Of a stretch of 64,000 nt of DNA, positions 1-13,744 are shown one piece after another. The position numbers were made by a program, and so were the translations under genes. The notes beneath the pieces were generated by a model, which did no database searches, was not told the DNA's origin, and saw only the letters and a program-made list of their open reading frames with translations. The stretch is from Eledone cirrhosa (lineage: Eukaryota), in contig OZ024742.1 in NCBI GenBank assembly GCA_964016885.1, forward strand, positions 336,908,001 to 336,972,000. Reading direction: 5' to 3'. Numbering within the stretch: position 1 is the first letter of the stretch; every line of letters starts with the position of its first letter.

Positions 1-128
1 ATGGTCAACTTTACCTTTCACCCTTTCAGGGCCAATAAAATACCAGTCCAGTACTGAAAACGGATGGGTTCAGCAAGGTTTTAAAATATCCAAGATGGTT
101 TGTCCCTGCAATTCCATCAGCAGTGCGT

Positions 129-159
<31 letters not shown>

Positions 160-1027
160 GGGGGGGGCATTTTACCATAAACTCTATTCTACTCACTGTA
201 ACAACGAATATGTTTTTAATCACTTAGTCAGGCAGGAAATGCAGTGTCCATAGACCTTTTCCAAACCTCCGACACTGGTTGGGGAAGAATAGGAAAGTAT
301 CCTGATTCAAATGCTTACAACAGAGAAGATCCACTAAAGGAACCCAGGGGCCAAGTAGTTGTGTTAAACTGGGTGGTAGATTAAGTTAGCAACCTAAGTA
401 TGTCATAGCAAGATTTGAACTCAATGTAAAGAGCCTGAACAAACCCTGAAAGCCAGTTTCATCAGTTCAGCTCTCGAGATTAGTACTTTATCAAGCCTGG
501 AAAGTGGAAAAGAAGTTAAGTTGACCTGAGTGGGACATAAACTCAGAATACAGAGAGCAAAAAGAAAAACAGCAAGGTATTGTCTGACACTAACATTTCT
601 GAAAAATCATTTATAGTAATGACATACACAGTTAAAATATCAACAAAATATAAATGTAGAACAAAAGAAAGTAGCTGGCCATCATCAGATCGAAACAAGA
701 AAAGTTTTCATTAACCTTTCCATTGTTGATACTATCTGCCAGTCGCAACTCCTGACAGAAGAATGCAATATTTGAACTAAAAATACAGAACTGGATCAGA
801 TACTGTGAAGCATCCCGTCCAAATCTTAAACTGTCTGACTGGTACTTTATTGATCCAAAAAGAATGAAAAGCAAATTTGACATTTGCGGGATTTGAACTA
901 AAGAGTACAGTGAGCCAGAATAAATACGAGGCATTTAATTTGATACCGTAATACCCCTTATAGATATAAAGTTTAACATGTAATGCACAGAGAACAATAC
1001 TAAGCAGAACTACTAGAGATAACTTAC

Positions 1028-1205
1028 CTGTCTTTCTGCATGTTCTGTCTGCCAGCCTTGTACATGACCAATTAATTTGTCATTACAGTAATTGCTAAGT
1101 GATGGTGGGAGTTCAACTGACAACTCTTTTTTTTCAGAAACAGCTGCGAGTGCACTTGGTCCTACAGGTAACTCCTTTGAGCTGCTGGTACTTGGCGTAG
1201 GACTT
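1028..1205 (-). CDS. WAC: WAC exon leading into the C-terminal conserved region (...LPPSLSNYCNDKLIGHVQGWQTEHAERQ); phase 2 to 0
   Basis: Acceptor ttcttttcctag|A and donor CAG|gtaagt. Matches the WAC motif LIKHVQGWPADHAEKQ that precedes the coiled coil. Confidence 0.93.
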
Positions 1206-1560
1206 CTAGGAAAAGAAATACAATAAAAGTAGGTGTTTCCAGACATCATTCTTAATTTTAGTCCTTAAACTTATGTAATGCTAATTGATTATTTGCAACT
1301 TAACCATTTTAGACACCAAACAGCTGGAAACTGTCCCTGGTTCTATGGTACAAAGCTATCCAACAACAGTTATAGGCAGTGCACCTAGAAACCCTGATCT
1401 TGGGATCTCTGTCAACAGCTTAGTTGTGTCTTTGTACATATAAGCTCACATATGTGATGAGATGTCGAAAAAGTGTTGGGCCCTGTCGCCTTGATTGTAC
1501 CCTGAGCTGATCAATATCGAAACATAGCTTGTACATATGCTGCAACACTGACTCTTAAAT

Positions 1561-1623
<63 letters not shown>

Positions 1624-2133
1624 TTCTTGTGAAAGTTAGTTATATTACTAAAACCCTGCAAATTGTTGAATATTTTCAACATTGTCTGAAAATCTTATGT
1701 CTTTCATAAAAAATATGCTATGAAAGTATAAATCAACTAACGCTGCCTGTAAATTGCTGACCTTGTGCTTACGTTAGAACCAATAATAGTTTCTACTGAA
1801 GGTAAGAGGAAAGACAATTAAATTGACCCAGTGTGTGACTGATACTATATTTTATCGACCCAGTCCTAATAATAATGATAGGCAATACCAATAATAATAA
1901 ATGCTCTGGCAATGATAAAATGCAGACAGATATATAACAAAAACCCCAGGACTTACAAATATAAACAGCATACAAAAATAGCACTACTAGGCACTGCACA
2001 CACATTGCAAAGACTACTCTCAATGCAATAGAAATAACATCACCAAAAACCACACTGCACATCCCCAAGGTGCAAAGAGCTGTGTTCAATAATGCAATGA
2101 CGACACGCAATAAAAATAAGACTAATAATAATA

Positions 2134-2860
2134 ACTGTTTCTACTTTTGGCACAAGGCTAGCAATTACTCAGTGCATTACTGGTACTTTATTTTATCGAG
2201 TCCATAAGGATGAAAGGCAAAGTTAACCTCGGTGGGATTTGAACTCAGAACGCAAAGGGCCGCAACTCTATGCTGCAAAGCATTAATAATTGTTTCTACT
2301 TTTGGTACAAAGCCAGCAATTACCCACAGCATTACTGGTACTTTATTTTATCGACCCCGTAAGGATGAAAGGCAAAGTTAACCTCGGTGGGATTTGAACT
2401 CAGAATGGCAAGGGCCGTAACTCTATACGTCAAAGCATGGCGTCCGACCCTCAACCGATACTGCCAATCCACCGCCCTAAAGCATTAATAATGATAATGG
2501 TTTCTACTATACGCCCAGGCAAACAATTTGTTGGGGGAAGGGGCAAGTCGATTAAATCAACGCCAGTGTTATTGGTACTTTATTTTATCAATCCCGTAAG
2601 GATGGAAGGCAAAGTTAACCTAAGTGGGATTTGAACTCGGTGAATCTGCCAATTCACCACCCTACTACTACTAATAATTGTTTCTATTTTTGGCACAAGA
2701 CGAGCAATTACCCAGTACATTACTGGTACTTTATTTTATCGACCGCGTAAGGATGAAAGGCAAAGTTAACCTTGGCGGGATTTGAACTCAGATCATAAAG
2801 GGACGTAACTCTATGCTTCAAGGCATGGTGTCCGACTCCCTACCAATACTGCCAATCCAA
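2134..2860 (-). mobile_element. Four head-to-tail copies of a tRNA-derived SINE with a Nin/Deu-like core
   Basis: On the minus strand, GAGTTCAAATCCC (B box) plus TTTGCCTTTCATCCTTACGGGGTCGATAAAATAAAGTACCAGTA is repeated four times, each with an (ATT)n-like tail. Confidence 0.85.
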
Positions 2861-3141
2861 TAATTGTTATTACCACCGCTATTACTTAATCACAGCTCAG
2901 ATCTGATTGCATAGACCTGTGATCAAAGGCAGTCACCATCCCATCTTTATTTGAAGGTCTAGTGTATTTAGGACACTATCCAATATGGGCTTGTTCCCCC
3001 TTATTTAATATGATAGGGTGGAATTTGAAGAAGATTTGGCTGCTATTTATAGCAAGTGAAGCAACAGTGGAGTGCTTCCCTTAACATACAAGGAAATAGG
3101 AATAATTTTTTGGTAGAAAAACAAAGTAATGGATTACTCAC

Positions 3142-3319
3142 TCAGTTTTCTCACTTCTTTCAGAACGTGGACTTTCCTTTCCTGATTCTTCTTCATGTGG
3201 TGGTGGATTCACATTCACTGGAGGGAGATGTGAGCTATCTGTACTCAGTGTTGGTGATTTCAGAGACTGTTGAGGTGAGGTATCAGCATGAGGAATTATT
3301 ATTCTGGGAGATAAAACTG
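3142..3319 (-). CDS. WAC: WAC exon, Ser/Pro-rich (VLSPRIIIPHADTSPQQSLKSP...ESPRSERSEKTE); phase 1 to 2
   Basis: Acceptor tttttttttcag|CAG (NAGNAG, alternative start 3316) and donor GA|gtgagt. GA plus the first A of the next exon gives GAA (Glu). Confidence 0.88.
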
Positions 3320-3469
3320 CTGAAAAAAAAGTGGAAAAGCACATATCAATACTACTGCTACAACAACTGTGTTAATAAAATATTAACATATTAGATAATG
3401 TTAATACATTTATAATAACATTTAAATTTTATACTTTACAAACTCTTTTTTTGATATTACAATATGACT

Positions 3470-3620
3470 GGGTGGTTAAAATACTGGCTTTGTAACCCTA
3501 TGCCTACAGGTTATATTCAACTGCAACGCACCTTGGGCAAGTGTCTTCTACTCTAGCCCTAAGCTGACCAATACCATGTAAATGAACTTGGTAGATGGAC
3601 ACTGTGAGGTAGCCCGTCAT
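3470..3620 (+). mobile_element. CORE-like SINE relic; related pieces at about 12020-12100 (-), 59240-59295 and 59475-59580
   Basis: CACCTTGGGCAAGTGTCTTCTACT-type core, repeated at several places in the window. Confidence 0.6.
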
Positions 3621-3904
3621 ACACTCATGCATACACGGACGTGAACACACACATAGATAACATTATTTCATGCCTGTATTCCCCTGCCAGCCAGGTTTAG
3701 ATGGGTCATAACTGAAATTGTCAATAGTCAAGCAGATCTACTGGCCCCTCAGATTGGCTGAAGTCATGCATCTCATTTAAATATGTCCCCACACTCTACA
3801 GAAAGTAGAGAGTTCAGTGATCTACATCTTACTTACGTTCTTGTGCTCCACTGAGTGTATTTTGTTGTGAAAGCAGCACTAGGGATATAGGGGCAATATA
3901 TATC

Positions 3905-4705
3905 GATGTTTGATATGCATAAAAGGAGTTGGCATAAATTCTATAGAATGTAGACAATGCAGATCTTGAGTACACAAGAGATGTAGTGGGATAGCAGGCA
4001 AACTAACAGGAAGGGAAAACTACAATGTAGTAGATTTTCAGGGAAATCTGATAGTAAAAGTGGCAGTGACAGACATGTTTTAAATGCAGGTAGGATCTAT
4101 AGAGTTGGTTGATAGCTTCCGATACCTAGGTGATCAGATTAGTAAGGGAGAAGGGTGTTCCGAGGCCTTAGTATCTAGAATAAGGACAGGTTGGAAGAAG
4201 TTTAGGGAGCTGCTTCCTCTGTTGACAAAGAAGGGTTTTTCTCTACAAATGAAAGGCCGGTTATATGATTCCTGTGTGAGATGCGGGATGCTGCATGGTA
4301 ATGAGACATGGGCAGCAACTGCAGAGGATATGCGACGGCTGGAGAGAAATGAAGCAAGCATGCTCAGATGGATGTGCAATGTCAATGTGTGTGAACAACC
4401 GAGCATAGATGAGTTGAAAGTGAAACTGTGTATAAGAGGGATAAACTGTAGTGTGCAGGAGAGAAGACTGCGTTGGTATGGACTTGTGATGCGCGTGGAT
4501 GATGACGACTGGGTAAAAAAGTGCTAGGGAATCCCAGTGGAAGGAAGACGCAGTAGAGAAAGACCACGAAAATCATGGGCAGAAGTGGTGAGAGCTGACC
4601 TCAGATCGTTGAGACTCACAGAGGACATGACTAATGGAGAGATGCAGTGCTAAAAAGGACCCGTCCCAGCCTTACAAGCAAGGAAAAGTGGATGAAAAAT
4701 GATGA
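3905..4705 (+). mobile_element. RTE-clade LINE 3' fragment (family A)
   Basis: ORF 4084..4527 reads FRYLGD...RIRTGWKKFRELLPLL...ERRLRWYG. A decayed PHD-like segment lies upstream, followed by the family-A terminus and a GAT-like tail. Confidence 0.9.
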
Positions 4706-4743
<38 letters not shown>

Positions 4744-4749
4744 AGATGG

Positions 4750-7700
4750 ATGCAGTAAAAACCTGTACTCAATATTTGCCCCTCAAACCCATCCATTCCA
4801 CCATCCCAACTTCAGAGTTGGTACCATGAATATAGGCACATTGAAAGGTCGATCAAATGAGGTTGTAGAGATACTTGAACGTAAAGAAGTTGATGTTTGT
4901 TGTGTTCAAGAAACTAACTGGAGAGGTGGGACTGCTAGATTCATTGTGGGTAAAAAATGATGCTATAAACTTTTCTGGGTGGGAAATGACAACGGACTGG
5001 GTGGAGTAGGAATTATGTTAGCTGAAAAATGGCTAGATAAGGTAATTCACGTAAATAGAGTGAACAACAGAATAATTAAAATAAGACTAGTTCTAAATAG
5101 AACTACTGTGACAATAATATCCGCTTATGCACCCCAATCTGGTCTACCTGGCGTTATAAAGGACAGGTTCTATGAGTCGCTAATGCACACTACCTCCCAA
5201 ATAATCGACAGTGACTACTTAATTATTGCTGGCAACCTAAACGGTCACGTTGGGCAACATAGTGATGGCTATGATGGAATCCATGGAGGCTATGGGTTTG
5301 GTAATAGAAATGAGGAAGGCTTCAGAATCCTCGAATTCTGTGACGCTAATAACCTAACTATCTGTAACACAAACTTTAAAAAAACGAAAAAATCACTTGA
5401 TCACCTATAGATCAGGGGAACACGCCAGCCAGATAGATTATATCCTTACTAGAAGACGTGACAAAGTGTCTGTTGTAAACACTAAATGCCTCCCCCGTGA
5501 AGAATGCACCTCCCAACATAGCCTAGTAGTTAGTGACCTCATAGTCAGGAATAGACGTACTCGACGACAGAGGATGACTACCTTAGGAGAAGAATATCAA
5601 AGTTGAAGGACCCCATAGCCAGTGACAAATTTAAAAGCTTATTACTTGATGCCTTTGACAATAAGGAAGAGCAATTAGAGACGTACAATACAGAGGAACA
5701 GTGGGAATTCTTGAAAGTGAACCGACATAGAAGGCGACAGATGAAATCTGTGGCTGGAACAGACCTATTGGCAGGAGGAGAGTAACTTGATGGTGGAACA
5801 GTAAGGTGGAGGAGACAATCAAGGACAAAAAGCAGGCTTGGAAAGTATGGCAGGATGGGGGAAGTAGAGAACACTATCAAGTTGCCAGGAGAGAAGCTTG
5901 GAGACAAGTGTACCTTACAAAAAAGGAAGCAGAGGATAGAAAGTTCAAGCATGTTCTACAACGCGAGGATCAAAAACGAGAGGTGTTCAGGATTGCTAGA
6001 CAATGTGTCAAGGAAAACTGTGATATAGTCGGGGAGTAGTGTGTCCATAATGATAATGGTGTACTTGCCCTCACTGGTACTGATAAGAAGGTAGCTTGGA
6101 AGTGTCACTACGAGAGGCTACTAAATGAGGAGAATAAATGGCAAAAAGATAGTCTGCCCCAAATCGATACAATAGAAGGACCAGCGGTGCAAGTTAAAGG
6201 TAGTATAATAAGTAAGGCAATCAAAGATATGAAGACAGGCAAGGCAGCTGGGCCTTTGGAGATAGTTTCTGAGATGTTGAAAGCATCTGGAATGGTGGTA
6301 CATACTATGGTCACCCGGATAGTAAACCAAGTAATACAGAATGGGGTCATACCAAAAGACTGGCGTAGCAGCATCATCATTAACTGCTACAAGGGTAAAG
6401 GGGATGCTCTAGATAGGGGAAACTATAGATGCATTAAATTAGTTGAGCAGGTCATCAAGGTCACAGAAAAAGTTATAGTGCAACTAATCAGAGAGCGAAT
6501 TGATCTAGATGGAATGCAGTTTTGGTTTATGTCGAGTAAAAGTACCACAGACGCTCTTTTCCATGTACGACAACTACAGGAGAAGTACCTAGGTAAAAGT
6601 AAACCCCTCTACTTAGCTTTTGTAGACCTGGAGAAAGACTTTGACAGAGTCCCCCGCTCCATTATCTGGTGGGTTCTTAGAAAACTAGGCTTGTGAGAGC
6701 TATACAAGCCATGTATAAAGAAACAATCAGTAAGGTTAGTATTAACAATGAATATAGTGAAGAATTTAGTGTAAAAGTTGGTGTTCATCAAGGCTCTGTC
6801 CTTAGCCCCCTCCTGTTTATTATTGCTCTATATAAGAATGTACATTTTATATGTGGCCGATGCTCAGGTGCAATAAGTAGCAAGTGCCCACAGTATACTA
6901 GCTCCTTCTATTGCCCAGATGGTTCTATAGGAATAGTGGACACTTTCCGTTACCTAGGTGACAAAAATCAGCAGTGGTGGAGGGTGTTCTGAAAGTACAG
7001 TAGCCAGAGTCAGAACGAGATGGAAAAAGTTCAGATAGCTTATATCGCTGTTGGCCACAAAAAGTTTCTCTCTAAAAATGAAAGGCAGATTGTATACAAA
7101 CAGCAATGCTACATGGCAGTGAGATATGGGCATTGTGTGCAGAGGACCTGCGCAGACTGGAAAGGAACAAAGCATGCATGCTCCGTTGGATTTGTAATAG
7201 TAACATACATGAATGGCAAAGCATAAATGAACTAAGTGAGAAATTAGGAATAAGAGGGATCAGATGAGGTTTACTTGAGAGAAGACTACATTGGTATGGT
7301 CACGTGATGCGCATGAAAGACGACAGCTGTATAAAATAAGTGCAAAATTGATCAAGTTACGGAGTAGTTAGAACCAGAAAAACTTGGGACGATTTGATAA
7401 ATTCTGACCTTACACACACCTCTCTAAGACAATGTCACTTGAAAGATCTTTGGCGCCACGCAGTAACACAGAAGACCCGCCTTGCCTATGTACAAAGTGA
7501 AACCTAGTCAGTAGGCACCTCTTAACCAAATATACACCCTAATCTACTACCCCTACTCCATCCTCCCACTCCCCCCAACACCACCCTCTCTCTGTAAAGT
7601 TGGTATCACACCAGCCAGTTCAAATAAATGAGAAAATGAGATTGGGATCGTGTTACTGTCAACAAAAAAACACACAGCCCATGCTGTAATGTGGCCGTGT

Positions 7701-7897
7701 AGGTAACACGGTAAAAAGTTCCCAGTCCACACGGTAAATGTGGTTGGTGTTAGGAAGGGCATCAAGCCGTAGAAAACCTGCCAGATAGTCCCATATGAGC
7801 GAGACACGGTCACCCGACCAACCTTGCCTCAAATTGAGACAACTCCCGTCTAACCGATGCTAGCGTGGAAGATGGACGTTAAACGATGATGATGATA
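4750..7897 (+). mobile_element. Near full-length decayed RTE LINE (family B): APE endonuclease and RT with an internal deletion, long 3' UTR, (GAT)n tail
   Basis: EN motifs GVGIML, SAYAPQ, GNLNGHVG, SQIDYIL; RT motifs NYRCIKL, AFVDLEK.FDRVPR, GVHQGSVLSPLLF. The YADD region is deleted near 6830. Multiple stops and frameshifts. Confidence 0.93.
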
Positions 7898-7913
7898 TAT
7901 ATATATATATATA

Positions 7914-8620
7914 TCTTCTATATATATAAAAACGAGGATGTGTGTGTATCTGTGTACAAATTTGGACACCTAAGTCTTACAATTCCCAACCGAATTTGAC
8001 CAAATTTTCTGTGCACGTTGCACCTGTCGCTAAGATGGTCACATCAAATTTTTTTCAAATCGAGCCACGTTGAACAATATAAAAAAAAATAAATAAAAAA
8101 TAAATAAATACCAAAATTATCGATAGCCAAATTATTTTTTCTAAAGTGCATGATGTAGGGGAGATAACAATGAAGACAAAATGTGAGGCAGGCATTTCCT
8201 ATGCTATCGAGGTAATACAAGAAGATTATTTTTTTCTAAAGTGTATGCTGTAAGGGAGAAATCAATCTAAAAACAATCCTTATGGGACTTTCCATTCAAA
8301 CCGTTGGGACCTACAACTTTTACATTTTAAAAATAATTTCGTCCACATTTGAGGCAGGCATTATCTATGCTTCCAGGATGTTGTGAATTTATTAAAAAAA
8401 ACTATTATTACAATGAAGAAATCAGTTAAAACAGAATTTCCCTTCATTATCAGCATAGTTTTATGTGTACAAAGATTGCACTAAATATTCGTTTGCATTA
8501 ATTATTGAAGACTTCTGCTTATTTTGACAAGTTGGAGACAAATAATTTTCTTCTTTTACCTCCTAGCTGTATATTCTTAGCATAATTTCAAACCCCGGGC
8601 AATGCCAGGTAAATCTGCAA

Positions 8621-8621
<1 letters not shown>
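7914..8621 (+). mobile_element. Non-autonomous Helitron-like element
   Basis: 5' TC..ATATATATAAAAACGAGGATGTGTGTGT, shared with 43624-44535. 3' GC-rich hairpin CCCGGGCAATGCCAGG followed by CAAG|T (decayed CTAG). Sits in a (TA)n tract. Confidence 0.65.
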
Positions 8622-8671
<50 letters not shown>

Positions 8672-8869
8672 AGTTCTATATGAGCAAGACACGGTCATTT
8701 GACCTGACTTGCTTGTAACGGGACAACATGTCTAACTCATGCTATCATGGAAAATGGGCATTAAACGATGATATATATATATATATCATGATTATTATTA
8801 CATGAACATGATTATAAACCATTTTTCTTTGCAGAAAAAGAAGAAATTTCAACGAAAGGGTTACCACAC

Positions 8870-10680
8870 TTTGTTGGCACTCTGACAGGTAAATCTGCTG
8901 AGATAGTGGAGATGCTGGAGAGAAGACATGTGGACGCGTGAAAGAGGTGAGATGGAGAGGTGCCTCAGCAAGACTAATCTGGGTAGGAAATGATGATGGG
9001 TTAGGTGGGGGTAGGCATTTTACTGGCCGAGAGGTGGATCAATAAGACAATAGAGGTAGTTAGAGTCAGTAACAGAATTATTACGATTAGATTAGTTGTA
9101 GGCAAGAGACTGCTGACAATCATCTCTGCCTGTTCCCCAGGCGGGCCGAGGTAAAGAAGAGAAGGACTGCTTTTACGAGCAACTTTTAGAAACAACCACA
9201 ATGACAGAGACATAGTTATACTAGTCGGGGACTTCAACGGTCTTGTTGGACAGCTCCAGGATGGATACACTGGGGTATATGGTGGGCACGGTTATGGCTC
9301 AAGAAACAAAGGAGTGAGGCTTCTTGAATTTTGTGATGCAAGTGCACTAACCATTTGCAACACTAACTTCAAGAAACCTACCAACCACCTAAAATAACCT
9401 ACCAATTAGGCAAGCACATAAGCCAGATTGACTTCTTGCTAGTTAGGCAACGAGATAGACAGATGGTGTCAAATACTAAGGCATACCCCGGGGAAGAATG
9501 TACACCCCGGCATAGGTTAATTGTTAGTGACATCTCAATAAGCAAGAGACAAAATGAGACATACAGGAAGGTCTGGAAGCTAAAAGACCTATCACTAAAA
9601 TATAAATTTAGGAAAGCCCTTCAAGATGTGTATGACGAAAAAGAAGACGAGTTAGAATCATATGACAAAGGATAACTGGAAGTTCTTATGTGACAACTTA
9701 CTGCAGGCTACTGAAGAAACTTGTGGTTGGGGCAGAGCTTCAACCAAACAGAGAGTGACCTGGTGGTGGAACAGCACAGTAGATAGGGCCATTAGAGACA
9801 AAAGACTAGCATGGAAGGATTGGAAAAATGGTGGGAGTAGAGACGGATATTCAGCTGCTAAAGGAGAGGCTAGACGTCAGGTGCACTTAGCACGCAGGGA
9901 AGCTGAGAGTAGGAGGTCTGCGACGAGAAGATCAGAGATGTGCGGTATTCCGCACTGCAAGGCAGTGTGTTACTGTAAATCAAGATGATGTTGGAGATAA
10001 GTGTGTCCAAAATGATGTGGGTGTACTTAGTGTCACTGATGATCAGAAAAGGGAGGCCTGGAAATGTCATTATGAGAGACTGATAGATGTTGAGAAAGAA
10101 TGGGAGAGAGAGAAACTACCCCCGATAGACCTAACAGAGGGACCAGCTATTGAGATTGACAACTATAGGGTCCAAGAGGCAATTAAGGAAATGAAAAGTG
10201 GTAAGGCCACTGAACCATTGGAGATAGTTGCTGAGATGCTGAAAGCATCAGAAGTAGGAACTAAACTGGTTACACGCATCGTCAACCAAGCTATATATGG
10301 CGGGGTCATACCCAAAGACTGGTGCAGCAGTATCCTTACAAATTGCTACAAGGCTAATGGGGATGCTCTGGAGAGGAACAATTAGAGGTATAAAACTGAT
10401 GGCAGAAAGAATACTAGCGCAACTAGAGAGAGAAACTGTGTACAAGGGTGCGAGAGAGAAGACCGCGTTGGTATGGATGACCGCTGGGTAAAGAAGTGCC
10501 AAGAAATCCCAGTAGAGGAAGACTACAAAAATCATGGGTAGAGGTAGTGAAAGCAGACCTAAGATCGCTGAAGCTCACGGAGGAGATGACAAAGTACCGT
10601 GATGAATGAGAGATGCCGTGCTTAATAAGACCTGTCCCACCCTTGCAAGCAGGGAAAAGCGGATGTATGATGATGATGAT
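8870..10680 (+). mobile_element. Decayed, internally deleted RTE LINE (family A)
   Basis: EN and RT fragments closely parallel 40513-43445. The sequence jumps from MAERILAQL to the C-terminus near 10430. Terminus CCTTGCAAGCAGGGAAAAGCGGATG(TGA)n. Confidence 0.9.
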
Positions 10681-11543
10681 ATATATGTGTATAAACCATT
10701 TGAAGGAAAATGTCAAGAATTTTAAACAATACATTCCACGGGTAACAATCTGATGAAAATAAAAATTATGGAGCATATTTGTAAATAAAGTTTAGATTGG
10801 TAGTAGGGAGACATTTGGCTATAGAAAAACTGCCTCAAAATCTCATCCAGCTCGTACCAGCATGGAAAGAAACATACACACAGAAAAAAAAAAAAAAAGA
10901 TCACGTTAATTAGAATCTTAGTAAAATCACAGTCTTTGTAGTATCATTACTCAATAGAGTGTGTAGCTCGAAGATCAAACAGTTACTCCAGGCATAGCCA
11001 CTATTTCTCCGATGTGAGAGATCACAGTTCCGATACTTTGGGCATGTGGTTAGAATGCCTCAGGAAAGAATCACTGGACAGATTTTAAGGACTAAACCAA
11101 CAGGTAGGAGACCCACTGGTAGACCCCAAGTAAGATAGTTGGATAACATCCATGAGCTTGGCTGGTCTCACTTGGGATCCAGCCAGATCAATTGCTTCTA
11201 ATAGGACTCGTTGGAAAGAGTGTTTGAGGACTGCCCCCACAATCCTCTCAGGGAGAAGGGGAGAAAGGAGGAGACATGGGTTAGTATCCATAATGTATAT
11301 ATTTATATACACTAGCATAGTACCCATAAAAAATGATGGGGTTTATAATAATGAAAAATATAATTTAATAATTCCTTGGTTACAACATTCTATGTAAGGA
11401 TGTTTGAATCTTTGATTAACATTCTTCCTCTTCCCACAAGCTATTGCCATATTCATTTTACATTGAGTTAAATCAATTAAATTATAACTGTTCTATCTAA
11501 CTTATGACTGCTACACAACCAGGAGTTGTGCTTTGTTATTGTT

Positions 11544-11743
<200 letters not shown>

Positions 11744-12133
11744 CAAAAGATAGATACAATGGGATATAGACAACTAGGTTGTTAGATAAGTAGACAGATA
11801 CATAGATAGATAGCTATAGATAATTGTCACCATACCACTGACCAGAAGGTGGATGTGTTTTGTCAACACTGTGTGTGAGAAAAAGACAGGTAGGGAGGAA
11901 GATATGAAAACCCATACTCAAATTCTTATTTCCTAAAAACATTATTATTAAGTCGTTTTCACGTGATCATGTGTTTTATACATACATGGCAGTATTCCCT
12001 CATTTGTTCAACAAACTCACTCACAAAGCATTGGCTAACCTACGGCTATAATGGAAGACACTTGGCCCAAGGTGCCATGCAGTAGGACTGAACCCAAACA
12101 TTTGTCAAACTATTGTTTATTATTACAATTACA

Positions 12134-12345
12134 GGGTGGTGGATTGGCAGTATCGGTAGAGGGCCGGACGCCATGCTTTCCAGCATAGTTACGTCCCTTT
12201 ACGATCTCGATCCGAGTTCAAATCCCGCCGAGGTTGACTTTGCCTTTCATCCTTACGGGGTCGATAAAATATAAAGTACCAGTAATGCACTGGATAATTG
12301 CTGGCCTTGTGCCAGCAATTATAGAAACAATTATTACAATTATTT
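12134..12345 (+). mobile_element. Full-length tRNA-derived SINE, same family as 2134-2860; fragments also near 1-60, 835-940, 13340-13400, 43555-43620, 50795-50890, 53570-53720
   Basis: A box TGGCAGTATCGG, B box GAGTTCAAATCC, core GCCTTTCATCCTTACGGGGTCGATAAA and an ATT-rich tail. Confidence 0.85.
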
Positions 12346-12556
12346 TCTCAGCTACTTCATTCATGAAAGCATGTGGCTTATTGGATAAGGTGTTGGGCTC
12401 ACAATTATAAGACATTGCACGTTCTGATATTTTGGGAATTATAAGTTATTTCCCTTAGATAACTTGCAACTCACATAAGTTCACAAATCTCAAGGATATG
12501 TTGTTGTTGTTTTTATTATTATTATTATTATTATTACTAGTGAAAAATACACTTAC

Positions 12557-12625
12557 TGGTATGCTGTGTACTCATGGACAGCTGCCTAGATATGGCCTCT
12601 TGTAATTTCTGTAAAGTTTGTAATG
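12557..12625 (-). CDS. WAC: WAC exon, 69 nt (LQTLQKLQEAISRQLSMSTQHT); phase 1 to 1
   Basis: Long polypyrimidine tract ending ctattgcag|C and donor A|gtaagt. In frame; encodes an amphipathic-helix-like peptide. Confidence 0.8.
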
Positions 12626-13744
12626 CTGCAATAGAACAAGCAGAGAAAAGAAAATTATATATAGAATATATCATCCAATCATACATGAAGTTTGGTGTTT
12701 GAAGATGAGAGAGAGAGGGAAATGTAGTTTCTACAAAAAACTTCACAGATAACAGCTTGTTCCATGATCAGAAAAAGCTGGCTATCATCAATTAGTCTGC
12801 AAAATTGACCCCCATCTCTTGGAAGCCAAAGGTTATGTTAAACTAACTCCAACCAATTTAAAAGCTCAAAATGGAATTTGGCCCCTCAAAACACAATCAT
12901 CTTTGACTTGTAAAAATACAGTACTTCTCTCCAACTTTTTGATACCAAACTGCCTGAAACCACCCCTTACTTCTACACTACAAAGATGTTTATTTTAAAA
13001 TAGATTTATCTAAAAAATCTTCCATTATCATTTTATGCAAGAACTTTTAATATATGTTCCAAACATCAACTTAATAATGTGAAAGTTGGTTATATGACTA
13101 AATCCATCCAATTCTTGATAATTTTCTAAATTATTTGACACCCACATCATTGGAAATATGGTAATGAGAGGGTAAAACTGTGCAGAACACTGATGCCATA
13201 CACATTAGTTAAGAGGTTCAGTCAAAAGCAAGTATCACCATAACCATGGTAAAAGTGTCAATATTATCCCACCCCAAAAAGGTCATAGATTAGCAATCAT
13301 TAGAGCATTGCAGTATTTATTCCAGATATTTAGATTTTATGTTCAAATCCTGCAGAGGTTAACTTGTCTTTCTGGGGTTGATAATATAAAATAAACATTG
13401 GGATTAATATTGTTGGCTTTCCTGCTGACCATCTTTTATCTTCAATTTTCTATTTTGGACATAGGTACCATACTACAACCCACTTAAAGTGCTATAGGGT
13501 TGATGAGATAACTCTGACCAGAGAAGATATTGCTGATAGTTCTTTACCAAACACAAACCAACATTATACTTTGTAGAGAATTACAACACGAGTGGCTATA
13601 AATATATGACAGTTACATCAAGTTACAGGACATAAACAAACAGCACAAAGAGAGACAAAATGGAGTATACAGAATAGTTTGTGAGAAAGAAGATATCTAG
13701 AGGGCTCCCAAAATATATTTGTTAATGGCAAGATGCGAGTAAAA

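Noticed and set aside
632-934. Possible next WAC exon (cag|ELRLADSINNGK|gt)
   Set aside because: No similarity to the expected coiled-coil sequence, a weak donor, and overlap with a SINE. The true exon is probably beyond position 1.
1793-2110. Hydrophobic 105-aa ORF
   Set aside because: It arises from T/G-rich composition, has no recognisable motif and does not fit the WAC exon chain.
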